A stretch of DNA of 58,119 bases from a virus (taxonomy: Duplodnaviria > Caudoviricetes), in the IMG/VR virus record IMGVR_UViG_3300035670_000245, positions 1 through 58,119 of that record. One strand, given 5' to 3'. The notes beneath the pieces were generated by a model. The model saw only the letters and a program-made list of their open reading frames with translations. It did no database searches and had not been told where the DNA came from. The first letter of the stretch is position 1; the number at the start of each line of letters is the position of its first letter. The position numbers and the translations under genes were made by a program. This document shows, piece after piece, positions 45,764 to 56,256 of this stretch.

Positions 45764-47656
45764 TTAATCTTTTTTGTTAGCCAGTATATTTACTGTCTGA
45801 CCTATTGCCCTACCTTGCAGATAAGGGGCAACTCTAGCAATTGCAGTTTCTATATCTTCACCACGGACTGCGGCCCGAGCAGTGGCTTGAAGCATAATTT
45901 TTGTATTACTTTGAATAGCTGCTATTGCTTTTGGACTCATTGTACCTTTTAAGCTATCCCTTACAGCATTTGCTCCAGACTGACTGACACCTTGTACTAT
46001 TAAACTTTCTGTAAAGGCATCCATAAAACTCTGGTTCTTAACTATTGAGTTAACTGACCCGCTGGCTAATGCCCCAGTAAATATACGTTGGGTTTGTTTA
46101 ACATCCAGGTTTAGTGTTTTAGATAATGACGCTACGTTTTCTGCGCCACCAAATACCGTATTAGTAATAGTAGACGCATTAGCATTTAAACCACCAGAAA
46201 TCGCACCAGTGAGCATAGCATCACTTACGTCCTGGCCTGTAGCTGCTGCTACAAATCCGTTGAATCCTGCGTTAACTACAGCGTTACCTAGTGTGTTAGC
46301 AACGCCAGCAGAGATAGCACCACCAGAAGCTGCCTGTATGCTAGTGCCTAAAGCATCGCCATAGGTATTGAGTTCGGCACCAACTGAGGCAGTGGCATAC
46401 GATACGGTTGCAGCTTTAAGAACATCTCCAGGAGAACCGCCAGAGCCAGATACCTGCGCTGCTTTTGCTACCGCATATACCGTTGGGTTACCTCCGCTAG
46501 CAATAAATGCAATCTCTGGGCCATACGGAATTTTCGCAAAAGCCTGAGTAACATCTTGAATAGCCCCTCTTATACCACCATAATCTTTTGGTGCAGTAGT
46601 AATTGTTCCACTAATAGTACCTTCTTTGTTTATTACTAAATTGTGAAACGTATCCCTACCTCGCTGCCAGTTATCTTTTATATAAACTAACTCATCCCCC
46701 CTAGCACCTATACCTAAAATAGGAGTTGTGTCGTATACCTCATTCCCATATCCATAAGTATTATGGTACTTACCACTTAAATAAGTATTTTCAAAATCTC
46801 TAAACTGATCTTTTGTAAATAAAAAACCCCTGCCATTTCCTAGTTCTGACGGGTGTGGTAGTCCTTGTGCAGCGACGGCACCTTTTAATTGTATATCTTT
46901 TAATGAAGAAATATCAATAGGCTGTGTTTCATTGTACAAATACTGCAATGTATCTTTATTTAAAAAACCACTATTAAATATTTTTGCATCGCCCCAGTCT
47001 TTGCCTTTCATAACATAAGTCTCGGGCAAAAATACATATTCATTAAAGCCGTCATCTCTTATCATGTAAGAGAAACTTTCATGCTCTTTAACAGGGCCGT
47101 CTATAGAAGCATTCCATTGTGTTATGCCGACCTGTCTATTTTGTTCTATCCGTGCGTTATTAAAAGACAACTCACCAAATTTAGTTTCAAACTTCTTTTC
47201 ACTAAACTGGGGTAAATCGTATCTATAATTCTTAACAAACTCTTGTTCTTTTTTAAGCAGATCTTCTTCTGCTTTTGTAGCTATGTCTGTAATCTTTTGT
47301 TGTTGCCTAAAAATTGCCTGTTCTTTTCTATAGTCTTCAAGAATGCTGGCAGCAGAAATACCTTCAGCATCCAATATACTTTCTGGCTTTTCAAAGTAAG
47401 TAGAACGAAGAACATCTTTAGCAGAGGTTATGCCTGCACCTTGCAATATATCAGAAGCAGGTCTTTGCTTTGGCTGAACACCAGCACTTTGCAATATGTC
47501 TAAAGAAGATCTAGGTAGCTGTGGCTGTGCCGTTGTTGTTACGGGCTGAGTTTCCGTTACATTAGTAGTAGTTACTGGAGCAGCACCCTCTTCCTTATTT
47601 TCAAAGGCAGAGTACATCTGATACTCTAAAGGATTCTGGTAACCAGACACAGCCAT
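45764..47656 (-). CDS. Hypothetical virion-associated protein, Gly/Ala-rich C-terminus
   Basis: 630 aa ORF between portal cluster and scaffold. Confidence 0.6.
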   Translation of the reverse strand: MAVSGYQNPLEYQMYSAFENKEEGAAPVTTTNVTETQPVTTTAQPQLPRSSLDILQSAGVQPKQRPASDILQGAGITSAKDVLRSTYFEKPESILDAEGISAASILEDYRKEQAIFRQQQKITDIATKAEEDLLKKEQEFVKNYRYDLPQFSEKKFETKFGELSFNNARIEQNRQVGITQWNASIDGPVKEHESFSYMIRDDGFNEYVFLPETYVMKGKDWGDAKIFNSGFLNKDTLQYLYNETQPIDISSLKDIQLKGAVAAQGLPHPSELGNGRGFLFTKDQFRDFENTYLSGKYHNTYGYGNEVYDTTPILGIGARGDELVYIKDNWQRGRDTFHNLVINKEGTISGTITTAPKDYGGIRGAIQDVTQAFAKIPYGPEIAFIASGGNPTVYAVAKAAQVSGSGGSPGDVLKAATVSYATASVGAELNTYGDALGTSIQAASGGAISAGVANTLGNAVVNAGFNGFVAAATGQDVSDAMLTGAISGGLNANASTITNTVFGGAENVASLSKTLNLDVKQTQRIFTGALASGSVNSIVKNQSFMDAFTESLIVQGVSQSGANAVRDSLKGTMSPKAIAAIQSNTKIMLQATARAAVRGEDIETAIARVAPYLQGRAIGQTVNILANKKD

Positions 47657-48208
47657 TTAGTCTTCCTCTTCTTCGTTTTCTTCAGACTCTTCAGCTTCTA
47701 CTTTTTTAATAATGTCATCTATCTCTGACTCAAACTCCCCCGTGTCATCCATTGTAGCTTCTTCAGAGTTACCCATCTGGCCCATAGCTTCCATCTTGGC
47801 TAACCCTTCTTTAGCAGCTTGTCGTAGCTGCATAAGTTTTTCTAAGCCAATGTAACGAACTACGTCAGCCGGGAAAACAAACTCACCCTCACTAAGTTGG
47901 GCAGGGATATCGTCTCGCACTTCTTCTTGTAGTGATCCTGTAGGCACCTCATTACCAGAGACAGGGTCTACCGTGCCCCCTTCCTGAAGCATACCGCCAG
48001 TCTGCATTAATACACCGCCTTTAGCCATAGCTGGCTTAGACTTCATGTGCATACCAGGAGGAGACTTTATATTATTGGGGGTAGCTGATGTTGCTTTTGC
48101 TGAAGGTGTTGGGATATCCCCCGGCCTATATTTAACCACAGGATCATAAGGAAGTACGATCTGCTTTTTCATTTCCTCCGCTTTTTTAACAGCGTCACTT
48201 GGCCCCAT
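47657..48208 (-). CDS. Conserved protein with DPVSGNEVP...LSEGEFV motif
   Basis: AKGG/EGG repeats; DDIPAQLSEGEFVFPADVVRY. Confidence 0.7.
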   Translation of the reverse strand: MGPSDAVKKAEEMKKQIVLPYDPVVKYRPGDIPTPSAKATSATPNNIKSPPGMHMKSKPAMAKGGVLMQTGGMLQEGGTVDPVSGNEVPTGSLQEEVRDDIPAQLSEGEFVFPADVVRYIGLEKLMQLRQAAKEGLAKMEAMGQMGNSEEATMDDTGEFESEIDDIIKKVEAEESEENEEEED

Positions 48209-48422
48209 TTACTTCTTCCTTTAAGTATTTTAATTTACGTAAAGCTGTAATAGCACCCTGTGCTTTAAACAACTCCTTCTCATCTGCACTTTGTTCTAGT
48301 GTCTTTTGATGAAATAGGATATGGTTATCTAATACAGCATTGAAAGCGTCCCACTTATTCTTTTTATTTACAAGGTCGGTAAGTTGATAGTAATAATCAA
48401 CAATAGATTTAGTAACTGCCAT
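48195..48422 (-). CDS. Small protein downstream of portal
   Basis: AQGAI.ALRKLK.L motif. Confidence 0.65.
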   Translation of the reverse strand: MAVTKSIVDYYYQLTDLVNKKNKWDAFNAVLDNHILFHQKTLEQSADEKELFKAQGAITALRKLKYLKEEVNGAK

Positions 48423-48425
48423 GTG

Positions 48426-50513
48426 TTATTGCATCCTTGGTTGAGGTTGTGGGGGTGCGGCAGAGAACCCTTGTTCTCCGGGCACAGGAGCAGCCCCTAC
48501 GCCGATGTTACCACCGCCAGCACCCGTCATATCTTGAACGCCAGGAACCCCAGGTGCGCCCTGTTGTGGGCCTTGCTGGGCAGGTGCAGGAGCGGGTGGC
48601 ATTAAGGCCTGTTGTCTTGCAGCCTCTTCCAGATTGTTAGTTACTTTCTCTGGATCAAGATCCATTGCCTTGGCGATCTCCCGGATTATATACGGAAACT
48701 TAGCAAAAGGCAATAGGGCTTGATTACCTGCAGTAATCTGTAGGAACTGCATAAGCCGTTGGCTACGTACTTCGTTAGCCATAAGACTTTCGGTACCCCG
48801 TGCTTTAACTTCCAGGTCACCTTTAATCTCAGGATCAAAGTCAAACTGCATATTAAAGCTGAAGAAAGCCTCACCAATCGGGCGTAGCAGGTAGTCATCA
48901 ATATTCTTAATAACTGTCTTAATACCGCCAGCAGCAGCATTCATAAGCATACTAATGCCGCTAGCCGTTCTACCTACGCCACTGACACCCGTTTGACCGT
49001 GGGCAAATGAAGGCATACCAGTAGCTTCGTCAGCAAGTACCCGTGCCTTATCAAACATCTGCAGGTTTTCTTGGGTAACATTAGGAAACTTGGTACCAAA
49101 CAAAGCCTGTCCTGGTGCCCCACCCTGCCGTCTGAATACCTTTCCTGGGTACACCGACATGTCTTGTCCTGGTACTAGGTTGGTTTCATCTATCTCAAAA
49201 ATGAGATTTCCAGAAAGCACACCGTTGTCTACAGCCATACGCATAAACCCGTTCATCAGGGTTTGCGTATCGTCCATGTTCTCGGCAATGCCTACACCGA
49301 AGATAGAGTAGGGGTTAAGTTCGTAGGGTACAGCGTAGTAAGGAATACGGGTGGGCTTAAACGGATTAAGCACCAAGCGAATAATCCTGCCGTTACATAG
49401 CCAAATGTTAGCCTGCAACTCATCTAACTCTTCCATGTCTACAGGAATAGTTATGTCGTTGTCTTCTAATAGTTCTTTGTTTACGACACCCCAGTACTCA
49501 AGAACCTCAAACCGATCAATGTCTTGGTTGGGCTGATAGTCACTAAGATCATCTTCCCAGTACTTCTTAATATAAGTCTCACCGTAGTCAATTACTTCTT
49601 CAATTACATTGGCCCGGAACATAGGGCGCTTCTTTAATGCCCGAAGCTGGCTACGGCTTAACTTGTGCCTTTCAATAACATACTGAACCTCATCCATATT
49701 GACCGCATCTGGGTCAGGATAAAAGTTCCATACACTAACATGTGAACTGGAAGGAACTGTTTTAATTGTTGGATTATATGCACCATCCTCTTTCCAATCT
49801 GGGTACTCTTTGTCGATAGCAAACGGGCCTTTCATAACCCCTGTACCAAACAAAGCCATCTCAAATGCCATTGACCGTAGTTGCTTTGAAGCATTGCTTT
49901 CTTCAAGCTGGTCTTTAATTTTCTTTTCCATCTTTTTAGCTGCAACTTGTGCAGGGCTAAATGTGACAGATGACGGAGTTAAACCTGGGCCTTCTTTCAG
50001 CCCAACAATATCCCGTAGTTTATTTTTTAGTGGGCCAAGACGATCCATTAACGTCTTTTGCGTAGCCCCCGGAATGTTTTCTCTACCATCACCAGGGAAT
50101 CCATAAGGTGATTCCATGCCAGCGTCTTGGTTCTTATTTGCTGGATCGAAGTGGACACTTTCAGCTACACCCTCCGGTAGAGTGGTAGGTTCAATGCTAA
50201 TCGGAAATGTATTGTTAGCAAACAGTACGTCTACAATCTGACCATACGCAGCTAGTGTTTTTGTTTTAGTTACTTTAATAAATACACGGGACTTTTCTGC
50301 TTCAGTAAACTGCACTTCAGGGCCATAGATCCCCCGGTAATTCCGGTAAGATTTTAACCACCGCTCTTCATCATTCCTGCGGGAGTTTTCTGCTTTGACA
50401 TACTTCTCATTTACGTATTCGACAAGGGCAGAAACAGAAGCAGCCTCATCCGAAGCTGTCTCTACATCATCAAGCATTACGCTTTCTTTTTCTATGAAAC
50501 CTGAATTAGCCAT
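48426..50513 (-). CDS. Portal (head-tail connector) protein
   Basis: 695 aa after TerL; FGTG..KGP, FYPDP, G.G..E, TASG.SML. Confidence 0.85.
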   Translation of the reverse strand: MANSGFIEKESVMLDDVETASDEAASVSALVEYVNEKYVKAENSRRNDEERWLKSYRNYRGIYGPEVQFTEAEKSRVFIKVTKTKTLAAYGQIVDVLFANNTFPISIEPTTLPEGVAESVHFDPANKNQDAGMESPYGFPGDGRENIPGATQKTLMDRLGPLKNKLRDIVGLKEGPGLTPSSVTFSPAQVAAKKMEKKIKDQLEESNASKQLRSMAFEMALFGTGVMKGPFAIDKEYPDWKEDGAYNPTIKTVPSSSHVSVWNFYPDPDAVNMDEVQYVIERHKLSRSQLRALKKRPMFRANVIEEVIDYGETYIKKYWEDDLSDYQPNQDIDRFEVLEYWGVVNKELLEDNDITIPVDMEELDELQANIWLCNGRIIRLVLNPFKPTRIPYYAVPYELNPYSIFGVGIAENMDDTQTLMNGFMRMAVDNGVLSGNLIFEIDETNLVPGQDMSVYPGKVFRRQGGAPGQALFGTKFPNVTQENLQMFDKARVLADEATGMPSFAHGQTGVSGVGRTASGISMLMNAAAGGIKTVIKNIDDYLLRPIGEAFFSFNMQFDFDPEIKGDLEVKARGTESLMANEVRSQRLMQFLQITAGNQALLPFAKFPYIIREIAKAMDLDPEKVTNNLEEAARQQALMPPAPAPAQQGPQQGAPGVPGVQDMTGAGGGNIGVGAAPVPGEQGFSAAPPQPQPRMQ

Positions 50514-50521
50514 AATTATCC

Positions 50522-52033
50522 TTAGTATCCCATGATTGCATCAGCGGGTTTAAAGCCAGACGATTGCGTACCTGGAGTGTAGTCCCATATACTAAACCTA
50601 GGTCTACTCATTATACCATACCGCAATGCGTCATATAAGTGGTCAAAATTGACTTTAGTGTCAATATCCTCTGGATTGTTTTTGTCCAAAGGCAGTACCG
50701 GTAGCTGGGCAATAAGGTTAGTACAGTTGTCTGTAATAACTAATCGGGGTTCTTCAGTGAATTCATCTATCTGAAGTCTCCGGTGTATCTCGTTTTTACC
50801 TGCTACCCTAGATCCCGCAGACCTATCTGATGGCCTCCACCTACATCCTTCAGATATCATCTGCTCTGCTAGTGATGGGCCTGTATCTCCCCGCTTATGC
50901 CAGCAAGAAGAGTCCAATACTCCGTACTTAATCTGCCCATCTCCCTGCTCTACTTCTAAAATCATACGTGCTAGGTCTTTAGCTAGCACCTTGCTGACAT
51001 AAAGTTCCCGGTAAACAATAAGTTGCTCAGAAGGAGAAACAGCAAACCAGAGAACAGCAGAATAAGAGCCATATCCATAATCACAAGCCCTAAATTTGAC
51101 CCAGTTTTTGGGTATTTCACAGGCCGGGATAACATGCTCTTTTCGATTGAACTCAGGAAAAGCCGCTCCCTCTGCAACATCCCAGTTTCCCTCCAACAAT
51201 TGCTTGCGTTGATGCTCAGGTAGAGACAAAAGCATCGTCTCATAGTCCCCTTGATCCGCAAGGTAGGGGTTATCTGTCAGCAAAGCAGGTATAAACCTAC
51301 GTTTGAACAGGGGTTGCCCCTCTTTACTGTGTCCTTTGGGGTACACCAACGTCTCATTGGTGTCTATATCGGTAGCCCAGAAGCTATTTCCTGGCCTAGA
51401 GGGGTCAATAAACATCTTTTTAACCCATGCATGACCCGGACCCCCTGGGTTTGTGGTAGCCCTCATAAAGATAGGCAGGTCTGGGGCGGTACTCCGTAGC
51501 CGTGAACGCATATAGTTCCAGGCAAACGGGGTAGACCACTGGGTTAACTCGTCAAAACCTACCCAACTAAAGGCCAAACCCTGATACCGTAGTACGTCCT
51601 CGTCCCTATCGAGGTAGGAAAACCATAATCTACCACCCTGTGGGGTAACCCATTGCATTTTTCTCTCTGACCACTTGATGCCTGGGTAGATTTTGGGGTA
51701 CATCTCTTGGGACTTCCATATGAGTTCCCGTAATTCTTCTGTTGTATGTCGTAATAGCAAGCCACTAAACTGCGGATGACCCATGTAACGTAGTGGATCT
51801 GCCAACATGGCGTAGCTTTTGCCTCCTCCTGCTGCTCCTCCGTAGAGAACTTCACGTTCTCCCGCTGCAAGAAATGCTGTCTGTGGGCCAGGGTTTGGTT
51901 TAAAGATGACATTTTGTGTCTCTAGTACCTGCTCAAGTTCGGAGTTCTGCCGGTTCTCCTCCTGGGCTATCACTTCCTCTATCGATATTTCTCTTATTTC
52001 TGGGTTTATTAACTCGCTCTGCTGCTTCTGCAA
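50522..52033 (-). CDS. terL: Terminase large subunit (start uncertain; TTG 52033 proposed)
   Basis: YGGAAGGGKS Walker A, GFDELT Walker B, TTNPGG, DYGY, DH.YDALRY. Confidence 0.9.
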   Translation of the reverse strand: MQKQQSELINPEIREISIEEVIAQEENRQNSELEQVLETQNVIFKPNPGPQTAFLAAGEREVLYGGAAGGGKSYAMLADPLRYMGHPQFSGLLLRHTTEELRELIWKSQEMYPKIYPGIKWSERKMQWVTPQGGRLWFSYLDRDEDVLRYQGLAFSWVGFDELTQWSTPFAWNYMRSRLRSTAPDLPIFMRATTNPGGPGHAWVKKMFIDPSRPGNSFWATDIDTNETLVYPKGHSKEGQPLFKRRFIPALLTDNPYLADQGDYETMLLSLPEHQRKQLLEGNWDVAEGAAFPEFNRKEHVIPACEIPKNWVKFRACDYGYGSYSAVLWFAVSPSEQLIVYRELYVSKVLAKDLARMILEVEQGDGQIKYGVLDSSCWHKRGDTGPSLAEQMISEGCRWRPSDRSAGSRVAGKNEIHRRLQIDEFTEEPRLVITDNCTNLIAQLPVLPLDKNNPEDIDTKVNFDHLYDALRYGIMSRPRFSIWDYTPGTQSSGFKPADAIMGY

Positions 52034-52469
52034 GTTTTTTTGCCTTCTCGACTCCCCTGCTGCCTTTGCGATTTTCGTACTTTTCTGCAAGCTCAATCGC
52101 CTTTTTGTACCTGATGGCCCAGGACCAGTAGCTTGAGGAGATGCTTTGGTTTTTTTGTTCACTTCGTATTCTTTTCAACAGCCCTAAGTGGGATATGTAC
52201 CTACCTGTAACTTTATGCAGCCATGCTGCTACATGCCTACTAGAGTACCTTCTTAAATAATCCTTGGCTTTATCTAGTGCTTCTAGTTCTAGCGGGATAG
52301 GATCAAGCACATATGGATCTTCTTCGTTCTCTTTATACCCAAATGGTACCCTTGTTCTAGTACTCAGTCTTGGTATTTGTACAAACTCCCCTTCCTTTGT
52401 TACAGATTTAGGTTGAGGTAAGATCCATCTTCCTGCTGATTCTTTTACTGGTAGTGCTTTATTCCACAT
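51933..52469 (-). CDS. Putative DNA-binding packaging-associated protein
   Basis: VPFGY...S.R.VA.WL...TGR.ISH.GL (recombinase/HTH-like); overlaps TerL 5' end. Confidence 0.6.
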   Translation of the reverse strand: MWNKALPVKESAGRWILPQPKSVTKEGEFVQIPRLSTRTRVPFGYKENEEDPYVLDPIPLELEALDKAKDYLRRYSSRHVAAWLHKVTGRYISHLGLLKRIRSEQKNQSISSSYWSWAIRYKKAIELAEKYENRKGSRGVEKAKKLAEAAERVNKPRNKRNIDRGSDSPGGEPAELRT

Positions 52470-52827
52470 CCTTGTCTTTAGGCGGTAGGATCATAAGACC
52501 ATTACTAGCCTCCACCTGTACCTTTTCAGTTTTAACCAGCCCGACCCTATCAAGCAGGTCTTTAGCTGCACTCAGCTTCTCACGAAGACCCAACTCTGTA
52601 GGATCAACCATCCCACTAACAAGGGACATTGCGGCACGGGGAGCGTTACGAGCCATATATAGCTGGGTTCGCTCCATGATTTCTTCTTTAATTCCTTTAA
52701 TGATTTCGGTAGTTGAAACATTTTCAGAGTATCCCGCAAGTATTTTAGCACGAACAACATCCCCTCCAGCTTCATCGAAGAGGACATCTAAAAATTTTTG
52801 TTGTCTTTCAGTCAGATTTCTTGCCAT
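52459..52827 (-). CDS. Terminase small subunit-like protein
   Basis: LTERQQKF...A...AGYS; AAKDLLDR.G. Confidence 0.7.
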   Translation of the reverse strand: MARNLTERQQKFLDVLFDEAGGDVVRAKILAGYSENVSTTEIIKGIKEEIMERTQLYMARNAPRAAMSLVSGMVDPTELGLREKLSAAKDLLDRVGLVKTEKVQVEASNGLMILPPKDKDVE

Positions 52828-52835
52828 ATCAATCC

Positions 52836-53051
52836 TTAAATTATTTTCTTTTTGTCTTCGTATTCTACGCAGCCATAATGAAGATCTCCAAAAATGCCTT
52901 GTTCTTCCATCTGTTCAATCAAGACATCTGCCATTTCTTCTGCGAATACTTCACACTTTTCTTTGTCGGTGTAGATCTTACTATCTTTTAATGTTGCTTC
53001 GTTGCAGCCACCAAACAGAATTGAACAGAGAACAAATTTGGCGACCCACAT
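52836..53051 (-). CDS. Hypothetical protein
   Basis: AGGA SD; tight packing. Confidence 0.6.
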   Translation of the reverse strand: MWVAKFVLCSILFGGCNEATLKDSKIYTDKEKCEVFAEEMADVLIEQMEEQGIFGDLHYGCVEYEDKKKII

Positions 53052-53059
53052 AATTTTTC

Positions 53060-53395
53060 CTAGAATTGTTTAGGTATAAAATGTTCTTTTACATAAACAG
53101 TTATTACCACACTACTGTCTATGTTTGCAGAACCTTTAAGGCTTTCTCCCTTTACCAACCACAAAGGGGTAGTAGCCTGGATGATTGCATTGCCTTCGAT
53201 CTCTACATTGTATGCCAATGCTACGTCAGAAGCTGTAGTTGAATTGTACCACTCCAGTGTAAAGGTACGCTTACTAGCTGCTGCATTGGAAATAATAATA
53301 CTCTGTACCTCTGTCTCATAGTTTGTAGGTACGCTGTATATTGTTCCACCGCCGGTAGTTAACTCCAGGGCTACGGTTCTGTTTTTAGTTTCCAT
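53060..53395 (-). CDS. Hypothetical beta-rich protein
   Basis: YSVP...IIISN pattern; coupled. Confidence 0.65.
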   Translation of the reverse strand: METKNRTVALELTTGGGTIYSVPTNYETEVQSIIISNAAASKRTFTLEWYNSTTASDVALAYNVEIEGNAIIQATTPLWLVKGESLKGSANIDSSVVITVYVKEHFIPKQF

Positions 53396-54624
53396 TATGT
53401 AAGATCGTAAAATTCCATAGTTCCTACTATATCATCCGTCCCTGAAGTTACCCTAGCAGCTAATGTGAATGTGTCACTTGTGCCGCCAATAGTTCTGCCA
53501 AGTTGTAATCCAAAATTATAAGAACCATTAACGTCTAACTGGGCACTAGCTTGATTAGTACCACTTACATATTCTGATCTAAGTATTGTGCCCCCGGATA
53601 AAGCTGTAGCCGTAATATCAAAGTCTACAGATGCAAATGTAGTTGTATCATAAGAAGCACCTGTTAACGTAGTATTTTTAATTAGTGCTATTTCATACAG
53701 AGAATTACCAGTGATTGTTGCTGAATATTTGTTTAATAAAATTACAGCATCTAGTCTATCACTAGCAAGGCGTATTGTTACAAGAGGTTCAAAAGAAGTG
53801 CCTACCGTTGTAGTACCTGTCATTCTAGCTACAAGAGGGGCTACCTTTCTTTCATATCCTCCCTCAGACAATACAGTACTACATATCTGTTTTAATACAG
53901 AAGCAGAAGCTGTACTTGCGGTATTAGTTATTTCGTATCGTATTGGCAGTGTAGCAGTTGTCATATAGACACTGTCTAGCACATTGGCATGATGGAACGT
54001 ATGGGCTACATAGTATTCACCGTTTATAATAAATCCACAGCGAACAGACCCTACACCTAACCACTCAACATCTATCCAAAATATTTGGGACTTGGTTAGG
54101 TCTAGAGTCAAACCACTATCTCCAGTCCCGTTTAGCTTGTCTCCATTCCAGCTAGCTTGCGCTACTTTTGTATCTACGGCTGAACCAGATATGTAAGATC
54201 TTTTTACAAGATTAACTGTTGTACCGTCTTGCTCAAGAAATATACCATTGTTAGCACCAAAGAAACCTACCCTTTGTCGTAGCCCTGTCTTAGCTGCATT
54301 AAATACAAAAGTATTTAGAATGAGCAGGCTTTTTCCAGGCTGGTAAGAAAATACTCGTTTAGTCTCACGGATAACCTGATTCCCAGATCCGGTATCTACA
54401 TTTAACGAGACTGTGCTTGTGTCTGCAGAATGAGTTGCAGAAGCTGTGCCTGATGTAGCTGTATCGAACAAACCATTGTCAGCATAGCGGTGGCTGCTAT
54501 CAAACAGTGTGAAAGGCTCACTAACCCGAATCCGTCCAAAGGCATCCAGGGCGGTTCCATAGAAGTTGACATTGCCTTGCCCCTCTTTAATACGGACATA
54601 TTCAGGATAATGGGTTATGGACAT
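53395..54624 (-). CDS. Probable virion structural protein
   Basis: DAFGRIRVSEP.TLFD, YQPGKS, EWLGVGSVR motifs. Confidence 0.65.
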   Translation of the reverse strand: MSITHYPEYVRIKEGQGNVNFYGTALDAFGRIRVSEPFTLFDSSHRYADNGLFDTATSGTASATHSADTSTVSLNVDTGSGNQVIRETKRVFSYQPGKSLLILNTFVFNAAKTGLRQRVGFFGANNGIFLEQDGTTVNLVKRSYISGSAVDTKVAQASWNGDKLNGTGDSGLTLDLTKSQIFWIDVEWLGVGSVRCGFIINGEYYVAHTFHHANVLDSVYMTTATLPIRYEITNTASTASASVLKQICSTVLSEGGYERKVAPLVARMTGTTTVGTSFEPLVTIRLASDRLDAVILLNKYSATITGNSLYEIALIKNTTLTGASYDTTTFASVDFDITATALSGGTILRSEYVSGTNQASAQLDVNGSYNFGLQLGRTIGGTSDTFTLAARVTSGTDDIVGTMEFYDLT

Positions 54625-55010
54625 TAGTCTCTAAACTTTTTTACTTTTTTAGCAACTGCTTTAGGTTGGCTGACAAATTGCTTACCTGCCTTTGTGCCTT
54701 CCCTTTTAGCTTTCGTAGTAGCTGCATATTCTTTCGATGACAGTGACTTGATAGCTTTCTCAGGTAGATACCTCTCTCCAGTTGCGCCTGGACCAATAGT
54801 TGACGGCTTACCACTCTTTGTTCTCCATTTTTGTTTAGTCCATTCAGAAAGAGATTTTTGTTCCTTGGTCTTGCTACCAGTGTAACCGCCCCCCTTATCC
54901 TTATAGATCTTTCCTGCTAATTGCATAGCCCTGGCGGAGTGCTTACCACCCATCTTAGCCTTGGCCTCTGCCTTGGCTTTCTCCCAAAGCTGTGGGTTAC
55001 TTCTTCCCAT
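54624..55010 (-). CDS. Basic protein (DUF5872-like)
   Basis: [27 protein letters not shown]. Confidence 0.65.
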   Translation of the reverse strand: MGRSNPQLWEKAKAEAKAKMGGKHSARAMQLAGKIYKDKGGGYTGSKTKEQKSLSEWTKQKWRTKSGKPSTIGPGATGERYLPEKAIKSLSSKEYAATTKAKREGTKAGKQFVSQPKAVAKKVKKFRD

Positions 55011-55143
55011 TCTTTTTAGGCCGTGCCTTGCCTGCAGAACTTAAAGCAATAGCGATAGCCTGCTTCTGTGGCTTACCCCGTTTCATCTCCGCTTTAATGT
55101 TCTGGGAGATTACTTTTTCACTAGAACCTTTTTTAAGAGGCAT
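54997..55143 (-). CDS. Small basic protein (48 aa)
   Basis: Not in ORF track; [30 protein letters not shown], a common phage motif. Confidence 0.7.
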   Translation of the reverse strand: MPLKKGSSEKVISQNIKAEMKRGKPQKQAIAIALSSAGKARPKKNGKK

Positions 55144-55145
55144 AA

Positions 55146-55418
55146 TCAGCCTTTCTTGGCTTTCTTGGCAGGTGCCTTAGCCATCTTAACCGGAATGACC
55201 AGCATCCCCACAGCAGACTTTTTAGACCCCTTGCTGGGGGTTTTAGCTAGACATTTACCTGCTGCCTTACACTTAGCAGGAGAGGGGCACATATCACAAG
55301 CTTTAAACTTCTTAGCTACCCCACCCTTAGCCATATACCCCATCTTGTTACGAACTTCCTGGGGCAACTTAGCAAGGCCAGGGTTAGCTGCTTTGTCTAC
55401 TGGTTTCATTCCGGGCAT
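55146..55418 (-). CDS. Small basic protein with MAKGG and Cys cluster
   Basis: AAGGA SD; [10 protein letters not shown]...C. Confidence 0.65.
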   Translation of the reverse strand: MPGMKPVDKAANPGLAKLPQEVRNKMGYMAKGGVAKKFKACDMCPSPAKCKAAGKCLAKTPSKGSKKSAVGMLVIPVKMAKAPAKKAKKG

Positions 55419-55429
55419 GATGGTTTCCT

Positions 55430-55936
55430 TTACTTGTTACGGCTACCGCCAGAGGCTTTTACAGAAGCACCACAGTTAGCCATACCCCCCTTGGCATAAT
55501 TCTTAGCCATGCCACCGCCCATCATCTTCTTGGTGCCCATGCCACCTGCAGCATACTTCTTAGCCATACCACCTTTAGCCATTGCACTACGGCCCACTTC
55601 CCCAAGTTTCTTTTTAAGTGCCCTACGCTCTGCAGGAGAGTAACCTTCTTCAACTTCTTCCAGGGTACGCTTAGTATTCTTAGCACTACCCATGTTATCT
55701 AGTTCTTCCTGAATAGCTTTCTTTTCTGCTGCAGTAAGACCCTTTTCTTTAGCCTTACCCTTTTCTTTCAGGGAAGCCTGCATGTCAGCCTTTTCTTTTT
55801 CAGTCAGGCGTACACTCTTTTCTTTCTTACCTGCATCTTCAGGCTGACCAAACATACTTTTCTTAGCTGCCTTGTCCATCTGTTCTACATTCTTAGGTCC
55901 AAGACGCTTTAGTACTTTACTCAATGCTGCTGCCAT
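55430..55936 (-). CDS. Basic protein with repeated (M/Y)AxGG motifs
   Basis: AAAGGA SD before ATG 55936 (MAAALSK). Confidence 0.7.
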   Translation of the reverse strand: MAAALSKVLKRLGPKNVEQMDKAAKKSMFGQPEDAGKKEKSVRLTEKEKADMQASLKEKGKAKEKGLTAAEKKAIQEELDNMGSAKNTKRTLEEVEEGYSPAERRALKKKLGEVGRSAMAKGGMAKKYAAGGMGTKKMMGGGMAKNYAKGGMANCGASVKASGGSRNK

Positions 55937-55937
55937 T

Positions 55938-56255
55938 TCAAATTCCTTTCGTGTGTTTTTGGGATTTAGGGGGCAACTTCTTAGAACCTGACGGACCTGC
56001 CCACAGTCGCTTATCAGCCCAATATGCCGCAGATAATTTACCCTTGGCAATATTCTTTCCATGTCTTGCTTTAAAACTCTTCCTAGCCTCTTCACTGTAG
56101 TTATGCCCCATAGTGGCATCACCATAGTGAATCAACTTAACCTTGTCACCTTCCTTGGCTACAACCATTTCCTTTTTGCCAGGACGGTTAGACTTCTTGG
56201 GCTGGTTGTAACCAGTAAATCCCAGTTTCTTGTATCGTTCAGGGAATTCAGCCAT
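55938..56255 (-). CDS. Basic protein (DUF6321-like)
   Basis: KLIHYG...RKSFKARH...SAAYWA. Confidence 0.65.
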   Translation of the reverse strand: MAEFPERYKKLGFTGYNQPKKSNRPGKKEMVVAKEGDKVKLIHYGDATMGHNYSEEARKSFKARHGKNIAKGKLSAAYWADKRLWAGPSGSKKLPPKSQKHTKGI

Positions 56256-56256
56256 G

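Noticed and set aside
55937-56125. N-terminal extension of the 231-aa ORF
   Set aside because: Overlaps the upstream gene; SD supports ATG at 55936
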